32,000 nt of DNA from Phycisphaera mikurensis NBRC 102666 (GCF_000284115.1 NC_017080.1:2880001-2912000); one strand, 5' to 3'. Positions 7,793 to 18,545 are shown, numbered from the stretch's first letter. Made by a program: numbers and translations. Notes: generated by a model not told the origin, from the letters alone.

Positions 7793-9730
7793 TCAGGCCC
7801 CACCGGCCGAGAGGGCCCCCCGCTCTCGGAGGGCGTGGACCATCCGCTCGACGCAGGCCTCCACCGCGTCCTCCGCCGTGGAGAGCCGCAAGTCCGGCGA
7901 AGCGGGCGGCTCATAAGGCGCCGCCATGTCGCTGAAGGCGGCCATGTTGCTGCCCTTGCCCTCGGCTCGCTCGCGGCAGGCCGCCTCGGGCGCGTCGACG
8001 TGGACCTCCAGGAAGCGCTCCGCCCCGATGATCTGCCTCGCCTCCTCGCGGTCCGCGGCGGCGGGCGAGAGGAACGAGCAGATCGTGATCAGCCCGGCCC
8101 GGTTGGCCATCTTCGCCACCTCCGCCGCCCGGCGCAGGTTCTCGCGCCGGTCGTCCTCGCTGAAGGTCAGGTCGTTGCTCAGGCCCAGCCGGGCGCTGCG
8201 TCCGTCCAGCGTGAACACCGTGTGGCCCTCGTCGAAGAGCCGCCGCTCGAGGGCCCAAGCCAGCGTCGACTTGCCCGAGCCGGTGAGGCCGGTCAGCCAC
8301 ACGGTCGCCGGCGACTGCTTCAGCCGCTGCCTCCGCTCCTGGTCGCTCACCAGCGAGCGGTGCTGGTCGGCCGAGGTGGCGAGGCCCTGCGAGATCTTCT
8401 CCAGCGCCGCCCGCTTCGCCGAGGTCGCGCGGTCGAGGATCATCCCCGCCGCCACCGTCCGGTGCGTCATCCGATCGATGAGGATGAACGCCCCGGTGCC
8501 GCGGTTCTTGCTGTAGGGGTCGAAGGCAACCGGCCGCGCGACCTCCACCACCACGCGGCCGATCTCGTTGAGCTTCAGCGTGTCGCTGTCGTGGCTCGCC
8601 AGCGTGTTGACGTCCACCCGGTACCGCAGCTCGGTCACCTGCCCCGGCGTCTGGCGGGTCGTGTGCTTGACGAGGTAGCCGCGGCCGGTCTCCAGGGGCT
8701 GGTCGTCCATCCAGACGAGCATCGCCTCGAAGGCCTGTGCGACCTGGGGCTGGTTGTTCGTTCGGACGATCATGTCGCCGCGGCTCGCGTCCACCTCGTC
8801 GTCGAAGGTCAGCGTGGCCGACATCGGCGCGAAGGCTTCGTCGACCGGACCGTCGGGGCCGAGCACCTCCTTGATCGTGGTGGTCTTCCGCGACGGCAGC
8901 ACCGTGACCTCGTCGCCGGGCCGCACCACGCCCGAGGCGAGCGTGCCCGCGAAGCCGCGGAAGTCCAGGTTCGGGCGCGTTACCAGCTGCACCGGGAAGC
9001 GCATGTCCACCAGGTTCCGGTCGCTGCCGATGTACACCGTCTCGAGGATGTGCATCATCGTGCCGCCCTCGTACCAGGGCGTGTTCTCGCTCTCGTTGAC
9101 GACGTTGTCGCCATCGAGCGCCGACATCGGCACGAAGCGGATGTCCGGCAGGTCCAGCTTGCCCACGAAAGCGGTGTAGTCGGCCTTGATCTTCTCGAAG
9201 ACCTCCTGGCTGAAGCCGACCAGGTCCATCTTGTTGATGGCGACCACGACGTGCTTGATGCCCAGCAGGCTCGCGATGAAGGAGTGCCGCCGCGTCTGGG
9301 TCTGCACGCCGTGCCGCGCGTCGATCAGGATGATCGCCAGGTCGGCCGTGCTCGCCCCGGTCGCCATGTTCCGCGTGTACTGCTCGTGCCCGGGCGTGTC
9401 GGCGATGATGAACTTGCGCTTCTTCGTGGAGAAGTAGCGGTACGCCACGTCGATGGTGATCCCCTGCTCCCGCTCCGCGCGGAGGCCGTCGGTCAGGAGC
9501 GCCGGGTCGAAGTCCCGGTCGCCCTTGTCCGCCGTGGTGCCGTGCTTCTTGGAGTCCTTCCGGACGGTCGCGAGCTGGTCCTCGTAGACCATCTTCGAGT
9601 CGTAGAGCATCCGCCCGATGAGCGTCGACTTCCCGTCGTCGACGCTGCCGCAGGTGATGAAACGCATGAGCTGCTTCTGCTCGTGCTGCTTCAGGTACTC
9701 GTGGATGTCGGTGACTTCTGGCGCTTCCAA
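7793..9730 (-). CDS. cysNC: Bifunctional sulfate adenylyltransferase subunit 1 / adenylylsulfate kinase (CysN-CysC fusion)
   Basis: GTPase part: [26 protein letters not shown]-like DLx[28 protein letters not shown]-terminal APS kinase: [50 protein letters not shown]. Start appears to be TTG at 9730. Confidence 0.95.
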   Translation of the reverse strand: MEAPEVTDIHEYLKQHEQKQLMRFITCGSVDDGKSTLIGRMLYDSKMVYEDQLATVRKDSKKHGTTADKGDRDFDPALLTDGLRAEREQGITIDVAYRYFSTKKRKFIIADTPGHEQYTRNMATGASTADLAIILIDARHGVQTQTRRHSFIASLLGIKHVVVAINKMDLVGFSQEVFEKIKADYTAFVGKLDLPDIRFVPMSALDGDNVVNESENTPWYEGGTMMHILETVYIGSDRNLVDMRFPVQLVTRPNLDFRGFAGTLASGVVRPGDEVTVLPSRKTTTIKEVLGPDGPVDEAFAPMSATLTFDDEVDASRGDMIVRTNNQPQVAQAFEAMLVWMDDQPLETGRGYLVKHTTRQTPGQVTELRYRVDVNTLASHDSDTLKLNEIGRVVVEVARPVAFDPYSKNRGTGAFILIDRMTHRTVAAGMILDRATSAKRAALEKISQGLATSADQHRSLVSDQERRQRLKQSPATVWLTGLTGSGKSTLAWALERRLFDEGHTVFTLDGRSARLGLSNDLTFSEDDRRENLRRAAEVAKMANRAGLITICSFLSPAAADREEARQIIGAERFLEVHVDAPEAACRERAEGKGSNMAAFSDMAAPYEPPASPDLRLSTAEDAVEACVERMVHALRERGALSAGGA

Positions 9731-9891
9731 GGGTCCGCTCCGCGGGTTGAGAGTGTTCTAAGCACGCCTCCGACCGGGCGGAGCCCGGTCTGCGGGTCGG
9801 CGCGTCGCTCGCATCGAGCATGTTCCCGAGAATCCCGGGGGACCGCCACAACGGCCTACGCGTGGAGACTCGGCAGCCGCCGCTTGCTCCG

Positions 9892-9912
9892 TCCGGCGGC
9901 GGAGCCGCCGGA
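9892..9912 (-). terminator. Candidate terminator hairpin downstream of cysD
   Basis: TCCGGCGGC-GGA-GCCGCCGGA: perfect 9-bp stem, 3-nt loop, 3 nt beyond the cysD stop (9916-9918). No U-tract. Confidence 0.45.
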
Positions 9913-9915
9913 ACT

Positions 9916-10860
9916 TCAGAAATAGCCTTCCTTCTTCTTCTGCTCCATCGACCCCTCCTCGTCCTGGTCGATCACCCGCCCCTCCCGCTCGGAGCGGGTC
10001 GCGAGGATCATCTCCTGGATGACCTCCGGCAGGGTCGTCGCCGTCGACTCCACCGCCCCGGTGAGCGGGTAGCAGCCCAGCGTGCGGAAGCGGACGCTCT
10101 TCATCATGGGCACCTCGCCCTCGCGGAGCGGCATCCGGTCGTCGTCGACCTTGATGAGCACGCCGTCCCGCTCCACCACCGGCCGCTCGGCGGCGAGGTA
10201 GAGACCCGGGATGGGGATGTTCTCCAGGTGGATGTACTGCCAGACGTCCAGCTCGGTCCAGTTCGAGAGCGGGAACACGCGGATCGACTGCCCCTTGTCC
10301 ACCTGGCTGTTGTAGAGGTTCCACAGCTCGGGCCGCTGGTTCTTGGGGTCCCACTGGTGGTTCTCGTCCCGGAAGGAGAAGACGCGCTCCTTGGCGCGGC
10401 TCTTCTCCTCGTCGCGGCGTGCCCCGCCGAACATGGCGTCGAACTTGTGCTTGTTCAGGCCCTGGAGCAGGGCCTGCGTCTTCATGATGTCGGTGTGCTT
10501 CTTGGAGCCCACGCTGAAGGGGTTGACGCCCGCCTTCACGCCCTCCTGGTTCGTGTAGACGATCAGGTCGAGCCCCAGCTCCTTCATGAGGTCGTCGCGG
10601 AACTTGATCATCTCGCCGAACTTCCACGTCGTGTCGACGTGCATCAGCGGGAACGGCGGCTTCGCGGGGGCGAAGGCCTTGAGGGCGAGGTGCAGCATCA
10701 CCGCGGAGTCCTTGCCCACCGAGTACATCATCACCGGCTTGGAGAATTCGGCGGCCACCTCGCGGATGATGTGGATGCTCTCGGCCTCGAGCTGCTTGAG
10801 GTGCGTGAGCGTGCGGCCGTGGTCGGCCGCGGGCGGTGCGTCGGTGGCGGTGCGGATCAT
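9916..10860 (-). CDS. cysD: Sulfate adenylyltransferase subunit 2
   Basis: [102 protein letters not shown]. Confidence 0.97.
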   Translation of the reverse strand: MIRTATDAPPAADHGRTLTHLKQLEAESIHIIREVAAEFSKPVMMYSVGKDSAVMLHLALKAFAPAKPPFPLMHVDTTWKFGEMIKFRDDLMKELGLDLIVYTNQEGVKAGVNPFSVGSKKHTDIMKTQALLQGLNKHKFDAMFGGARRDEEKSRAKERVFSFRDENHQWDPKNQRPELWNLYNSQVDKGQSIRVFPLSNWTELDVWQYIHLENIPIPGLYLAAERPVVERDGVLIKVDDDRMPLREGEVPMMKSVRFRTLGCYPLTGAVESTATTLPEVIQEMILATRSEREGRVIDQDEEGSMEQKKKEGYF

Positions 10861-11019
10861 GCCGTGCGGGGGGATGCGGGGTCGCGGGTCGGGCCCGGAG
10901 CCTATCGGCCGGCGTGGGCGGAGGATCCACAACGCGCAGGCCCCGCGGACCGCGGGGCCCGGGCGCGGAAACACGCGACGATCCGCGGGATCCGCGGGGG
11001 GCGGCGTCCCGGGTTCGCC

Positions 11020-12048
11020 TCAAGACGACGCGGCGCGATCGACGGCGTACCGCTCGCGGATGCGCAGGAACTCGGCTTCACCCGCGACGAAGGCGTCGAC
11101 GACCTCGGGGGCGAAGTGCGTCCCGCGCTCCTCGAGGACGATCGAGCGGGCGACGTCGTGGGTGAAGGCGTCCTTGTAGACGCGGCGGCTGGTGAGCGCG
11201 TCGTACACGTCCGCCAGCGCCACGATGCGGGCGGCGAGCGGGATCGCCTCGCCCGCCAATCCGGCGGGATAGCCGGTGCCGTCGTACCGCTCGTGGTGGC
11301 TCGCGGCGATGTCGCGGGCCATGCACAGGAAGGCGGCCCCGGGGTAGCGGGAGGCCGCGGCGTCGAGCGTCTCGGCGCCGAGCGTCGTGTGCGTCTTCAT
11401 GATCTCGAACTCGCGGTCGGACAGCCGGCCGGGCTTGAGCAGGACCGAGTCGGGGATGCCGACCTTGCCGATGTCGTGCAGCGGGCTGGTCGCGTAGATC
11501 AGCCGCGCGTACTCGGCGTCGATGACGCCGGTGAAGCAGCCGTTGGAGAGCAGGCGTTGCGTGAGCACGCGGGCGTAGCTCTGCACGCGCTCGAGGTGCT
11601 CGCCGGTCTCCTGGTCGCGGCTCTCGGCGAGCTTCGCCATGGCGAAGATCGCCATCTCGCGGGTCTCCAGCGAGACGATCCGCTCGGCGGATCGCAGCCG
11701 CGCCAGCAGCTCCTCGCGGTCGAAGGGCTTGACGAGGAAGTCGTCGGCACCCGAGGAGAGGCCCTCGACACGCTCGGCGACGGCGCCGCGCCCCGTGAGC
11801 AGCACGATGTAGCAGTAGCCACCGCCGGCGTGCAGCGCGGCCCCCGAGCGGATCGCGCGGCACAGCTGCGGCCCGGTGAGCCCGGGCATCTCCCAGTCGG
11901 TGATCACCAGGTGGACCGGCCGCTCGGCGAGAAGGCGGACGGCGGCGTCGCCGTCGGGCGCCGTCACGACGTCGTGCCCGGCGTCCTGGAGGGTGTCGCG
12001 GAGCATCTCCACGGCGATCGGGTCGTCGTCGGCAACAAGAATCTGCAT
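11020..12048 (-). CDS. Response regulator with N-terminal REC and C-terminal HD-GYP phosphodiesterase domain
   Basis: MQILVADDDPIAVEMLRDTLQDAGHDV, LVITDWEMPGLTG, FLVKPFDREEL; HD-GYP: TGEHLERVQSYARVL, SPLHDIGKVGIPDSVLLKPGRLSDREFEIMKTH, ASHHERYDGTGYPAGLAGEAIPLAARIVALADVYDALTSRR. Confidence 0.95.
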   Translation of the reverse strand: MQILVADDDPIAVEMLRDTLQDAGHDVVTAPDGDAAVRLLAERPVHLVITDWEMPGLTGPQLCRAIRSGAALHAGGGYCYIVLLTGRGAVAERVEGLSSGADDFLVKPFDREELLARLRSAERIVSLETREMAIFAMAKLAESRDQETGEHLERVQSYARVLTQRLLSNGCFTGVIDAEYARLIYATSPLHDIGKVGIPDSVLLKPGRLSDREFEIMKTHTTLGAETLDAAASRYPGAAFLCMARDIAASHHERYDGTGYPAGLAGEAIPLAARIVALADVYDALTSRRVYKDAFTHDVARSIVLEERGTHFAPEVVDAFVAGEAEFLRIRERYAVDRAASS

Positions 12049-12117
12049 CGGGTGGGTCTCCAGCGCGGCGGGTGCGAGCCGGCGGACGAAGGCGGAACAG
12101 GGGTCGAGCCGGCAGCC

Positions 12118-13404
12118 TCAGGCGGCGCGGGCGGCGGGAGACGCATCGGCCAACGCCTCGGCCAGCTCCGAGGCGCGGTCGGCGGCGGTCCGGGCCTCCA
12201 GGGCGAAGGCCTCCACCGCCTCCGCGTTCGGCGCCGACTCGAGGCACGCCGCGGCTTCGGCCAGCGGGACGGCACTCAGGTTCGCCGCCGTCCCCTTGAC
12301 CGCGTGGGCGACTCTTCGCAGCGCCCCGTCGTCGCCCTCGGCGAGGTGGACCCGCGCCGCTCCGACCTGCTCCGGCAGCTGGACGGCGAAGGCCCCGAGC
12401 AGCCGGCTGACCAGCGGGGCCTTGCCGCCGCAGCGGGCGAGCACGGCGGGCAGGTCGATCACCTCCTCCGCGGGGTCCACCCGCCGATCGACGGCCGGGG
12501 TGGCCGCCGCTTCCGGCCGGCCGGCGCCCGCCACCTTGGCCAGCGGATCCTCCTCCCGCTCCGGCATCGGCGGGTTCCGCTCCGCGAGCGGCCGCATCAG
12601 GCTCTCCATCTCGCGGAAGAGCGCGTCGCAGTCGATGGGCTTGGACGCGTAGCCGTCCATCCCCGCCTCGAGGCAGCGCTCCCGGTCGCCGCGGACCGCG
12701 TTGGCGGTGAGGGCGACGATCGGCACGCGGCCGCCGCACGTCCGCGCCGCCTCGTGGTCGCGGAACCGGCGGGTGGCGCCGAAACCGTCGAGCTCGGGCA
12801 TCTGGCAGTCCATGAGCACGACGTCGAAGCCGTGCCCGCCCGGGCGCGTCAGCGCCTCCACGGCGAGCAGGCCGTCGCCGACGACGCGGACGCGGTAGCC
12901 GGCGTCGCGGAGCAGCTCGCAGGCGACGGCCTGGTTGACCGGGTTGTCCTCCGCGAGCAGCACGTTGCCGCGGTGGCGGGCGGGGCCGTCCGCCGTGGCC
13001 TCGCGAGCGGGCTCGGCGGCGCTGCCGCGGGTCGCACGCATGACGGCGTCGAAGAGCGCGGACGGCCGGGCGGGCTTGCCCAGGCAGGCCTCGAAGCCGG
13101 CCGCTCGCACCTCGGCCGCGTCCACGTCCCGGTCCGCCGCCGTGAGCATCAGCAGCGGGATTCTCCGCAGGCGGCGATCGGCCGCCGCGGCCCGGCCGAC
13201 CTCCAGCCCGGAGAGGCCGGGCATCATGAGGTCGACGACCGCGAGGTCGAAGGGCGTTCCGCGCCCCTCGGCCTCCCGCATCGCCTCCAGCGCCTCGGCC
13301 CCGTTGTCGACCGGCGTGACCGAGAAACCCCAGGCCTCGAGCTGCTCGGTGATCGCCCGCAGCGACGCCGGGTGGTCGTCGACGGTGAGGGCACGCTTTC
13401 CCAC
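12118..13404 (-). CDS. REC-REC-Hpt phosphorelay module; downstream part of a hybrid histidine kinase, out of frame with the kinase part
   Basis: REC1 [24 protein letters not shown]...[13 protein letters not shown]...CLGKPARP; REC2 [19 protein letters not shown]...[14 protein letters not shown]...YASKPID; Hpt [20 protein letters not shown] at 13404 is the plausible independent start ([10 protein letters not shown]). Confidence 0.8.
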   Translation of the reverse strand: MGKRALTVDDHPASLRAITEQLEAWGFSVTPVDNGAEALEAMREAEGRGTPFDLAVVDLMMPGLSGLEVGRAAAADRRLRRIPLLMLTAADRDVDAAEVRAAGFEACLGKPARPSALFDAVMRATRGSAAEPAREATADGPARHRGNVLLAEDNPVNQAVACELLRDAGYRVRVVGDGLLAVEALTRPGGHGFDVVLMDCQMPELDGFGATRRFRDHEAARTCGGRVPIVALTANAVRGDRERCLEAGMDGYASKPIDCDALFREMESLMRPLAERNPPMPEREEDPLAKVAGAGRPEAAATPAVDRRVDPAEEVIDLPAVLARCGGKAPLVSRLLGAFAVQLPEQVGAARVHLAEGDDGALRRVAHAVKGTAANLSAVPLAEAAACLESAPNAEAVEAFALEARTAADRASELAEALADASPAARAA

Positions 13405-15512
13405 GAAGCCGTCGCGGGCGCGGCGTCCTCGGGCTGACCCGCCGCCACGGTGAACCAGAAGGTGGAGCCGCGGCCGGGCTCGCTCTCGACGCCGATGTCG
13501 CCGCCCATGAGGTGCACGAGCTCCCGGCTGATCGCCAGCCCCAGCCCGGTGCCGCCGTAGCGCCGGGTGGTCGAGGCGTCGACCTGCGAGAAGGACCGGA
13601 AGAGCCGGTCGATCCGCTCGGCCGGGATGCCGATGCCGCTGTCGCGGACCTCGACGCGCAGCCGCGGCTCCGCGCCGGGGTCGGCCTCCAAGGAGATGCC
13701 GACCACGACCTCCCCGGCGGCGGTGAACTTGATGGCGTTGTTGGTGAGGTTGACCAGCACCTGCCGCAGCCGCTCGCCGTCGAGCCGCACGCGATGGGGA
13801 ACCTCCGGGTCGACACGGCAGGCCAGCTCCAGGCCCTTGGGGCCCGCCGAGCGGGCGAGCATCTGCATGACCTCGGCGACGAGGTCGCGCGTCGACACGT
13901 CGCTCGGCGACAGCTCCAGCTTGCCGGCCTCGACCTTCGAGAAGTCGAGGATGTCGTTGATCAGCGAGAGCAGCGACTGCGCGGAAGAGCGGATCACACC
14001 GGCGTAACCGGCCTGCTGCTCGGAGAGCCCGCGGCGGAGAAGCAGCTCGGTCATGCCGAGCACGCCGTTGAGCGGCGTCCGGATCTCGTGGCTCATGTGG
14101 GCGAGGAACTGGCTCTTCGCCCGGCTGGCGCCCTCCGCTGCCAGCGTCGCCTCCTCGGCGGCGGCGGTCGCGGCGCGGAGGCGGTCTTCGTGGAGCCGCG
14201 ACTCGGTCACGTCCAGGACGATGCCCTCGGAGGTGCAGCCTCCCCGACCGTCCGCCTCGCAGCGAGACCGCACGTGGAGCCACCGCGCCCGGCGGCCCGC
14301 GTCCAGCGGGCAGCGGTCGGCTCCGGGCACCACGTCGGGGAGGTGTCGGCCCGTCCACTCGAGGTGGCCGTCGCTCGCCAGCGCCGAGGCGATGCCCGCG
14401 TGGAGGGTCTCCACGTCGTCGGGGTGCACACGGCCGAAGAGAAGCTCCGCGTCGCCGAGGATCTCCTCGGGCGAGATGCCGTACAGGGTCTCGCAGCCGC
14501 GGCTGGCGTAGGTGAAGCGGGTCTTCTGATCGACCGGCATCTCGCTGCGGAAGACCATGCCGGGCACGTTGGAGACGATGCGTTCGAAGCGCGCCTCGCT
14601 CTGGGTCAGCGCCTCCCGCGTCGCCCGCTGCTCGGTGATGTCGCGCTCGATGGCGATGAAGTGGGTGATCCCGCCCGCCTCGTCGTGCACCGGCCGCACC
14701 TCCAGCTCCAGCCAGTACGCGTGGCCGTCGCGGTGGTGGTTTCGCACCTCGGTGGTGAATCCCTCGCCGGCGGCGAGGCGGGCACGCATGAACGCGACCG
14801 TCTGGGGATCGGTCTCCGGCCCCTGGAGCAGCTCGCCGGGGTTGCGGCCGATGGCTTCCGCCGCGGTGTAGCCGCTGATGCGGGTGAAGGCGGGATTCAC
14901 GTAGCTGATCCGGCGGTCCGCCCCGGTGATGATCGCGGCGCTGTCGGTGCGGCTGACGATCAGGCTCAGCTCGTCGAGCCGGGCGACACGCGCGGCCGCC
15001 TCCACCCGCTCGCGGTGCAGCTCGAGCAGGTGCTCGCCCTGCCGGCCCAGGGCGCGGAGGATCCCAATCTCGCGCTCGCTCGGCCGCCGCGGACGCTCGT
15101 CCGCCACGCAGAGCGTGCCCAGCGGCTGGCCGTCGCGGGCCCGCAGCGGGACCCCGGCGTAGAAGCCGATCTTCTTCCCGTTGCCGCAGCCTTCCCGCAC
15201 GAGCGGGTTGCCGGCGAAGCGCGGGTCTGCGCGGGCGTCGGGCACCACCAGCACCTCCTCGGCCGCGAGGATGGCGTGGGCGCAGAAGGCGATGGACCGC
15301 GGCGTGCCGGTGGCTTCGAGGCCGCAACGGCCGAGGAAGCACTGATCGTCCTCCCCGATGATCGAGAGCAGCCCCATCGGGGCGCCCAGCAGGTCGGCCG
15401 CGAGCGTGGCCAGTTCATCGAGTGCCTCGATTCGGTCCACCCCCGAGAGCTCGTAAGCGGCGAGCGTGGAAAGGCGTTGTTCCTCGTCGTGCGGAAGCGG
15501 GGCGGGGATCAT
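13224..15512 (-). CDS. Sensor histidine kinase (GAF, two PAS/PAC, HisKA, HATPase_c); reading frame runs out after the kinase domain
   Basis: GAF-like region; [40 protein letters not shown]; His[29 protein letters not shown]; N box [16 protein letters not shown]; G boxes [65 protein letters not shown]. The last ~60 codons look like out-of-frame translation. Confidence 0.85.
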   Translation of the reverse strand: MIPAPLPHDEEQRLSTLAAYELSGVDRIEALDELATLAADLLGAPMGLLSIIGEDDQCFLGRCGLEATGTPRSIAFCAHAILAAEEVLVVPDARADPRFAGNPLVREGCGNGKKIGFYAGVPLRARDGQPLGTLCVADERPRRPSEREIGILRALGRQGEHLLELHRERVEAAARVARLDELSLIVSRTDSAAIITGADRRISYVNPAFTRISGYTAAEAIGRNPGELLQGPETDPQTVAFMRARLAAGEGFTTEVRNHHRDGHAYWLELEVRPVHDEAGGITHFIAIERDITEQRATREALTQSEARFERIVSNVPGMVFRSEMPVDQKTRFTYASRGCETLYGISPEEILGDAELLFGRVHPDDVETLHAGIASALASDGHLEWTGRHLPDVVPGADRCPLDAGRRARWLHVRSRCEADGRGGCTSEGIVLDVTESRLHEDRLRAATAAAEEATLAAEGASRAKSQFLAHMSHEIRTPLNGVLGMTELLLRRGLSEQQAGYAGVIRSSAQSLLSLINDILDFSKVEAGKLELSPSDVSTRDLVAEVMQMLARSAGPKGLELACRVDPEVPHRVRLDGERLRQVLVNLTNNAIKFTAAGEVVVGISLEADPGAEPRLRVEVRDSGIGIPAERIDRLFRSFSQVDASTTRRYGGTGLGLAISRELVHLMGGDIGVESEPGRGSTFWFTVAAGQPEDAAPATASWESVPSPSTTTRRRCGRSPSSSRPGVSRSRRSTTGPRRWRRCGRPRGAERPSTSRSSTS

Positions 15513-15721
15513 CAGGCGGATCGGAGCAGAACGGCGTGCCGGCGTCGATCGGCCTTTTAAGGAGTGCCCTTGAACAATCTTGCGTCCTCCGCGGATCGCC
15601 GGCTGCGGCCGGGCGTTGCTCATGAGCGGACTCCTCCAGGCGGAAAACCGCGCCACCGACGCTTCGTCGGCAGCGGCTCGCGACACACGGCCGGGGACGC
15701 TCGCCCGGCATAGGGTTTTCC

Positions 15722-17176
15722 ATGCACACCTCCCGCCTCCCCGCCCTTCTCGCGGTCGCCGCCGCCGGGTCGCTGCCGCCCGCCGCCCCGGTCGCCGCCC
15801 AGACCAACAACCCCTTCCCGGATCCGATCCCGGTCGGCATCGGCGTGCCGATCGTCGACTACGCCCGCGTCGCCACCGGCGCCCGCCTCAACCTGCTCGC
15901 GCCCGACCCGCTCGGCCGGCTGTTCGCGAACGACCAGCGGGGGGACCTCTACCGCGTGGTGCCTGGCGCGGCCGCGTCGCCGGTCTACCTCGACCTCGCC
16001 GCGCAACCCGGAATCGATCTGAGGACCTCCTCCGGCGAGCAAGGCTTCCAAAGCTTCGCCTTCCACCCGGAGTTCGCGACCGCCGGCGCGGCCGGCTTCG
16101 GCCGCTTCTACACGGTGCACAGCGACGACGACCGGTCGCCGACCCCGGACTTCGTGCCCAACAGCGGCAACGCCTTCCACTCGGTGCTCCTGGAGTGGAC
16201 CGCGGCGGACCCGCTCGCCGACACCTTCTCGGGCACCTCCCGGGAGCTCATGCGGATCCGCCAGCCCTTCGGCAACCACAACGCCGGCCAGCTGTCCTTC
16301 AACCCCGAGGCCACCGCCGGCGACGCCGACTTCGGCAAGCTCTACCTCGGCCTCGGGGACGGCGGCAGCGGCGGCGATCCGCAGGACCTCGCGCAGGATC
16401 GCGACAACGTCTTCGGCTCCATCCTCCGGATCGACCCCCTGGGGACCAACGCCGCGAACGGGAAGTACGGCATCCCCGCCGACAACCCCTTCGTCGGCGA
16501 GGCCGACGTCAAGGACGAGATCTTCGCCTACGGCCTCCGCAACCCGCAGCGGTTCAGCTTCGACGCCGTGACCGGCAACGCCTTCATCGCCGACATCGGG
16601 CAGGGCGCGGTGGAGGAGATCAACCTCCTGCGGGCGGGCGGAAACTACGGCTGGAACGAGCGTGAAGGCAGCTTCGTCTTCCTGAACAACAGCGGCGTCG
16701 GGGGCAGCGCCCGCGGCGACGGCCTCTACGACGACCCGATCGCCGAGTACGACCACCAGGGAGCCTTCGTCCTCGCGGAGCGCAACGGCGAAGCGGTGAC
16801 CGTGGGCCCGGTCGTCCGCGACCCGTCGATCCCCGGCCTCGCCGGTCGGCTGCTGCTGGGCGACTTCCCCTCCGGCTCGATCTTCTACCTCGACGCCTCG
16901 GGCACCCTGCCCGACGGCGGCCAGGCGCCGCTCCAGGAGCTGCTGCTCGTGAACGAGGCGGGCGAGACCAAGCGGCTGATCGACCTCATCAACGACGCCG
17001 GCGTCCCCGCGACCCAGCGGGCCGACCTGCGCTTCGGATACGGGGCCGACGGCGAGGTCTTCGTGCTCAACAAGCGTGACGGCGTGATCCGCCAGCTGGT
17101 CCCCGAGCCGTCGACGGCCGCGGCGATCGGCACGCTCGGCCTGCTGATGGCTTCCCGCCGCCGCCGGCGGCGGTGA
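15722..17176 (+). CDS. PQQ-type glucose/sorbosone dehydrogenase-like beta-propeller protein with signal peptide and PEP-CTERM-like C-terminus
   Basis: Signal peptide MHTSRLPALLAVAAAGSLPPAAPVAA; FAFHPEFATAGAAGFGRFYTVHSDDD, GDADFGKLYLGLGDGGSGGDPQDLAQDRDNVFGSILRIDP, YGLRNPQRFSFDAVTGNAFIADIGQGAVEEINL, NYGWNEREG; C-terminal VPEPSTAAAIGTLGLLMASRRRRRR. Confidence 0.85.
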   Translation: MHTSRLPALLAVAAAGSLPPAAPVAAQTNNPFPDPIPVGIGVPIVDYARVATGARLNLLAPDPLGRLFANDQRGDLYRVVPGAAASPVYLDLAAQPGIDLRTSSGEQGFQSFAFHPEFATAGAAGFGRFYTVHSDDDRSPTPDFVPNSGNAFHSVLLEWTAADPLADTFSGTSRELMRIRQPFGNHNAGQLSFNPEATAGDADFGKLYLGLGDGGSGGDPQDLAQDRDNVFGSILRIDPLGTNAANGKYGIPADNPFVGEADVKDEIFAYGLRNPQRFSFDAVTGNAFIADIGQGAVEEINLLRAGGNYGWNEREGSFVFLNNSGVGGSARGDGLYDDPIAEYDHQGAFVLAERNGEAVTVGPVVRDPSIPGLAGRLLLGDFPSGSIFYLDASGTLPDGGQAPLQELLLVNEAGETKRLIDLINDAGVPATQRADLRFGYGADGEVFVLNKRDGVIRQLVPEPSTAAAIGTLGLLMASRRRRRR

Positions 17177-17212
17177 CGGTGACGGCCCGGCTTGCCGCCG
17201 TAGGCTCGCGCC

Positions 17213-17809
17213 TTGAACGGCCACCGGATCAATCAGGCGCTCTATCAGCTCTTCCTCGGCGTCTGGTTCGGGGCGATGGTGATGCTCGTGCTGGCGGCGA
17301 CCGCGGCGTTCGGCTTCGTGCGCGACCCGCAGACCACGCTGCTCGTGCAGGTCGAGGGCTTCGGGGCCCCGCTGACGGGCTCGGCCGCCCGCGGATGGGT
17401 TGCGGGTGGGATCGTCGGCGCCGCGCTCCGCCGCCTTGAGATCCTCCAGCTGATCTGCTTCGCCGGGGTCGCCGCGGCGACGGTGCTGCAGTGCACGCTG
17501 TTCCGGGCCCGGCTCGCGGCTCGGCCCGCCTCCAAGCGCAACGGCTTGCGAATCTTCCTGCTCGTGGTCCCGGCGGCGATCGTGCTCTTCAACCTCGCGG
17601 TGGTGGCGCCGGGCATCGACGCGAACCGGTCGATGAAGTACGACCCCGCGGCGGAGGCGTCGCGGGCGCAAGCCGCCGACGAGGCCTTCGCGTTCTACCA
17701 CGGCCTCTCGACGAAGACGTACGGCGTGTCGACGCTCATGCTGCTGGGCGCGGTCGTGCTCGGGCCCTGGTGCTTCCACCGGGAAGAGGGGGCCGCCGGC
17801 CGTGGCTGA
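17213..17809 (+). CDS. DUF4149-like multi-pass integral membrane protein
   Basis: INQALYQLFLGVWFGAMVMLVLAATAAFG, LEILQLICFAGVAAATVLQC, RIFLLVVPAAIVLFNLAVVAPGID, F..YHGLSTKTYGVSTLMLLGAVVLG. TTG start. Confidence 0.6.
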   Translation: MNGHRINQALYQLFLGVWFGAMVMLVLAATAAFGFVRDPQTTLLVQVEGFGAPLTGSAARGWVAGGIVGAALRRLEILQLICFAGVAAATVLQCTLFRARLAARPASKRNGLRIFLLVVPAAIVLFNLAVVAPGIDANRSMKYDPAAEASRAQAADEAFAFYHGLSTKTYGVSTLMLLGAVVLGPWCFHREEGAAGRG

Positions 17810-18482
17810 TCGCGGACTGCGAGCGACGGCCCAGCCGGCGAAGGACCGCGCCCGCGCTCGGCGGCTCTACGCGAAGCTCCGGGCGGCGTACCCCGACGCG
17901 CGGTGCGACCTGCTGCACGACTCGCCGTTCCAGCTGCTCGTTGCGACGATCCTCTCGGCGCAGTGCACCGACGCCGCGGTCAACCGGGCGACGCCGGCCC
18001 TTTTCGCCCGCTTCCCGGATCCAGCCGCGATGGCCGCCGCCGAGCCGACGGACGTCGAGCCCTTCGTGAAGACCTGTGGGTTCTTCCGCGCGAAGGCCCG
18101 GAACCTCGTGGCCGCCGCCCGCGTCGTCGAGAAGGAGTTCGGCGGCCGGGTTCCCGAAACGATGGACGGCCTGCTGAGGGTGCCCGGTGCCGCGCGGAAG
18201 ACCGCCAACGTGGTGCTGGGCAACGCCTTCGGCAAGCCCGCCGGCGTCACCGTTGACACCCACGTCGGCCGCATCAGCGTCCGCCTCGGCCTCGTCGAAG
18301 CCGACCCGAAGAACGCGATCGCCATCGAGCGCGACCTCGCCGGGCTGCTGCCGAAGAAGGACTGGACGCACTTCTCCCACGTGCTGATCTGGCACGGCCG
18401 GGCGACCTGCCGGGCGCAGAAGCCGCGGTGCGGCGACTGCGTCGTGCGACGCTCCTGCCCGCGGATCGGCCTGGTGGCGTGA
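17802..18482 (+). CDS. nth: Endonuclease III (DNA glycosylase/AP lyase)
   Basis: PFQLLVATILSAQCTDAAVNRATPALF, GFFRAKARNLV, LLRVPGAARKTANVVLGNAFGKPAGVTVDTHVGRISVRLGL, and a C-terminal FeS cluster motif CRAQKPRCGDCVVRRSC. Confidence 0.93.
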   Translation: MADRGLRATAQPAKDRARARRLYAKLRAAYPDARCDLLHDSPFQLLVATILSAQCTDAAVNRATPALFARFPDPAAMAAAEPTDVEPFVKTCGFFRAKARNLVAAARVVEKEFGGRVPETMDGLLRVPGAARKTANVVLGNAFGKPAGVTVDTHVGRISVRLGLVEADPKNAIAIERDLAGLLPKKDWTHFSHVLIWHGRATCRAQKPRCGDCVVRRSCPRIGLVA

Positions 18483-18512
18483 GGCCGGAGGAGCCGCGGC
18501 CCGGGAACGACG

Positions 18513-18535
18513 GGCCCCGGCAAGCGTACGGGGCC
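18513..18535. terminator. Candidate hairpin terminator between convergent nth and aldolase-like gene
   Basis: GGCCCCG-gcaagcgta-CGGGGCC; 7-bp stem in the 63-bp gap between convergent stops. Confidence 0.3.
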
Positions 18536-18545
18536 GTGACGGGGC

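Noticed and set aside
7793-10860. cysNC-cysD as a novel nucleotide-modification or sulfur-based system
   Set aside because: Both proteins match standard sulfate activation enzymes, and no partner genes for a DNA or tRNA modification system are adjacent.
9820-13437. 1205-codon plus-strand ORF over cysD, the HD-GYP gene and the phosphorelay module
   Set aside because: Spans three well-supported minus-strand genes; composition is typical of an antisense GC-rich frame.
13380-13450. Programmed -1 ribosomal frameshift joining kinase and receiver
   Set aside because: The only near candidate, TCG TGG GAA AGC, does not fit X_XXY_YYZ in the kinase frame. Kept only as an anomaly, not claimed as recoding.
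13512-15560. 682-codon plus-strand ORF antisense to the histidine kinase
   Set aside because: The kinase motifs on the minus strand are decisive; this is a shadow ORF.
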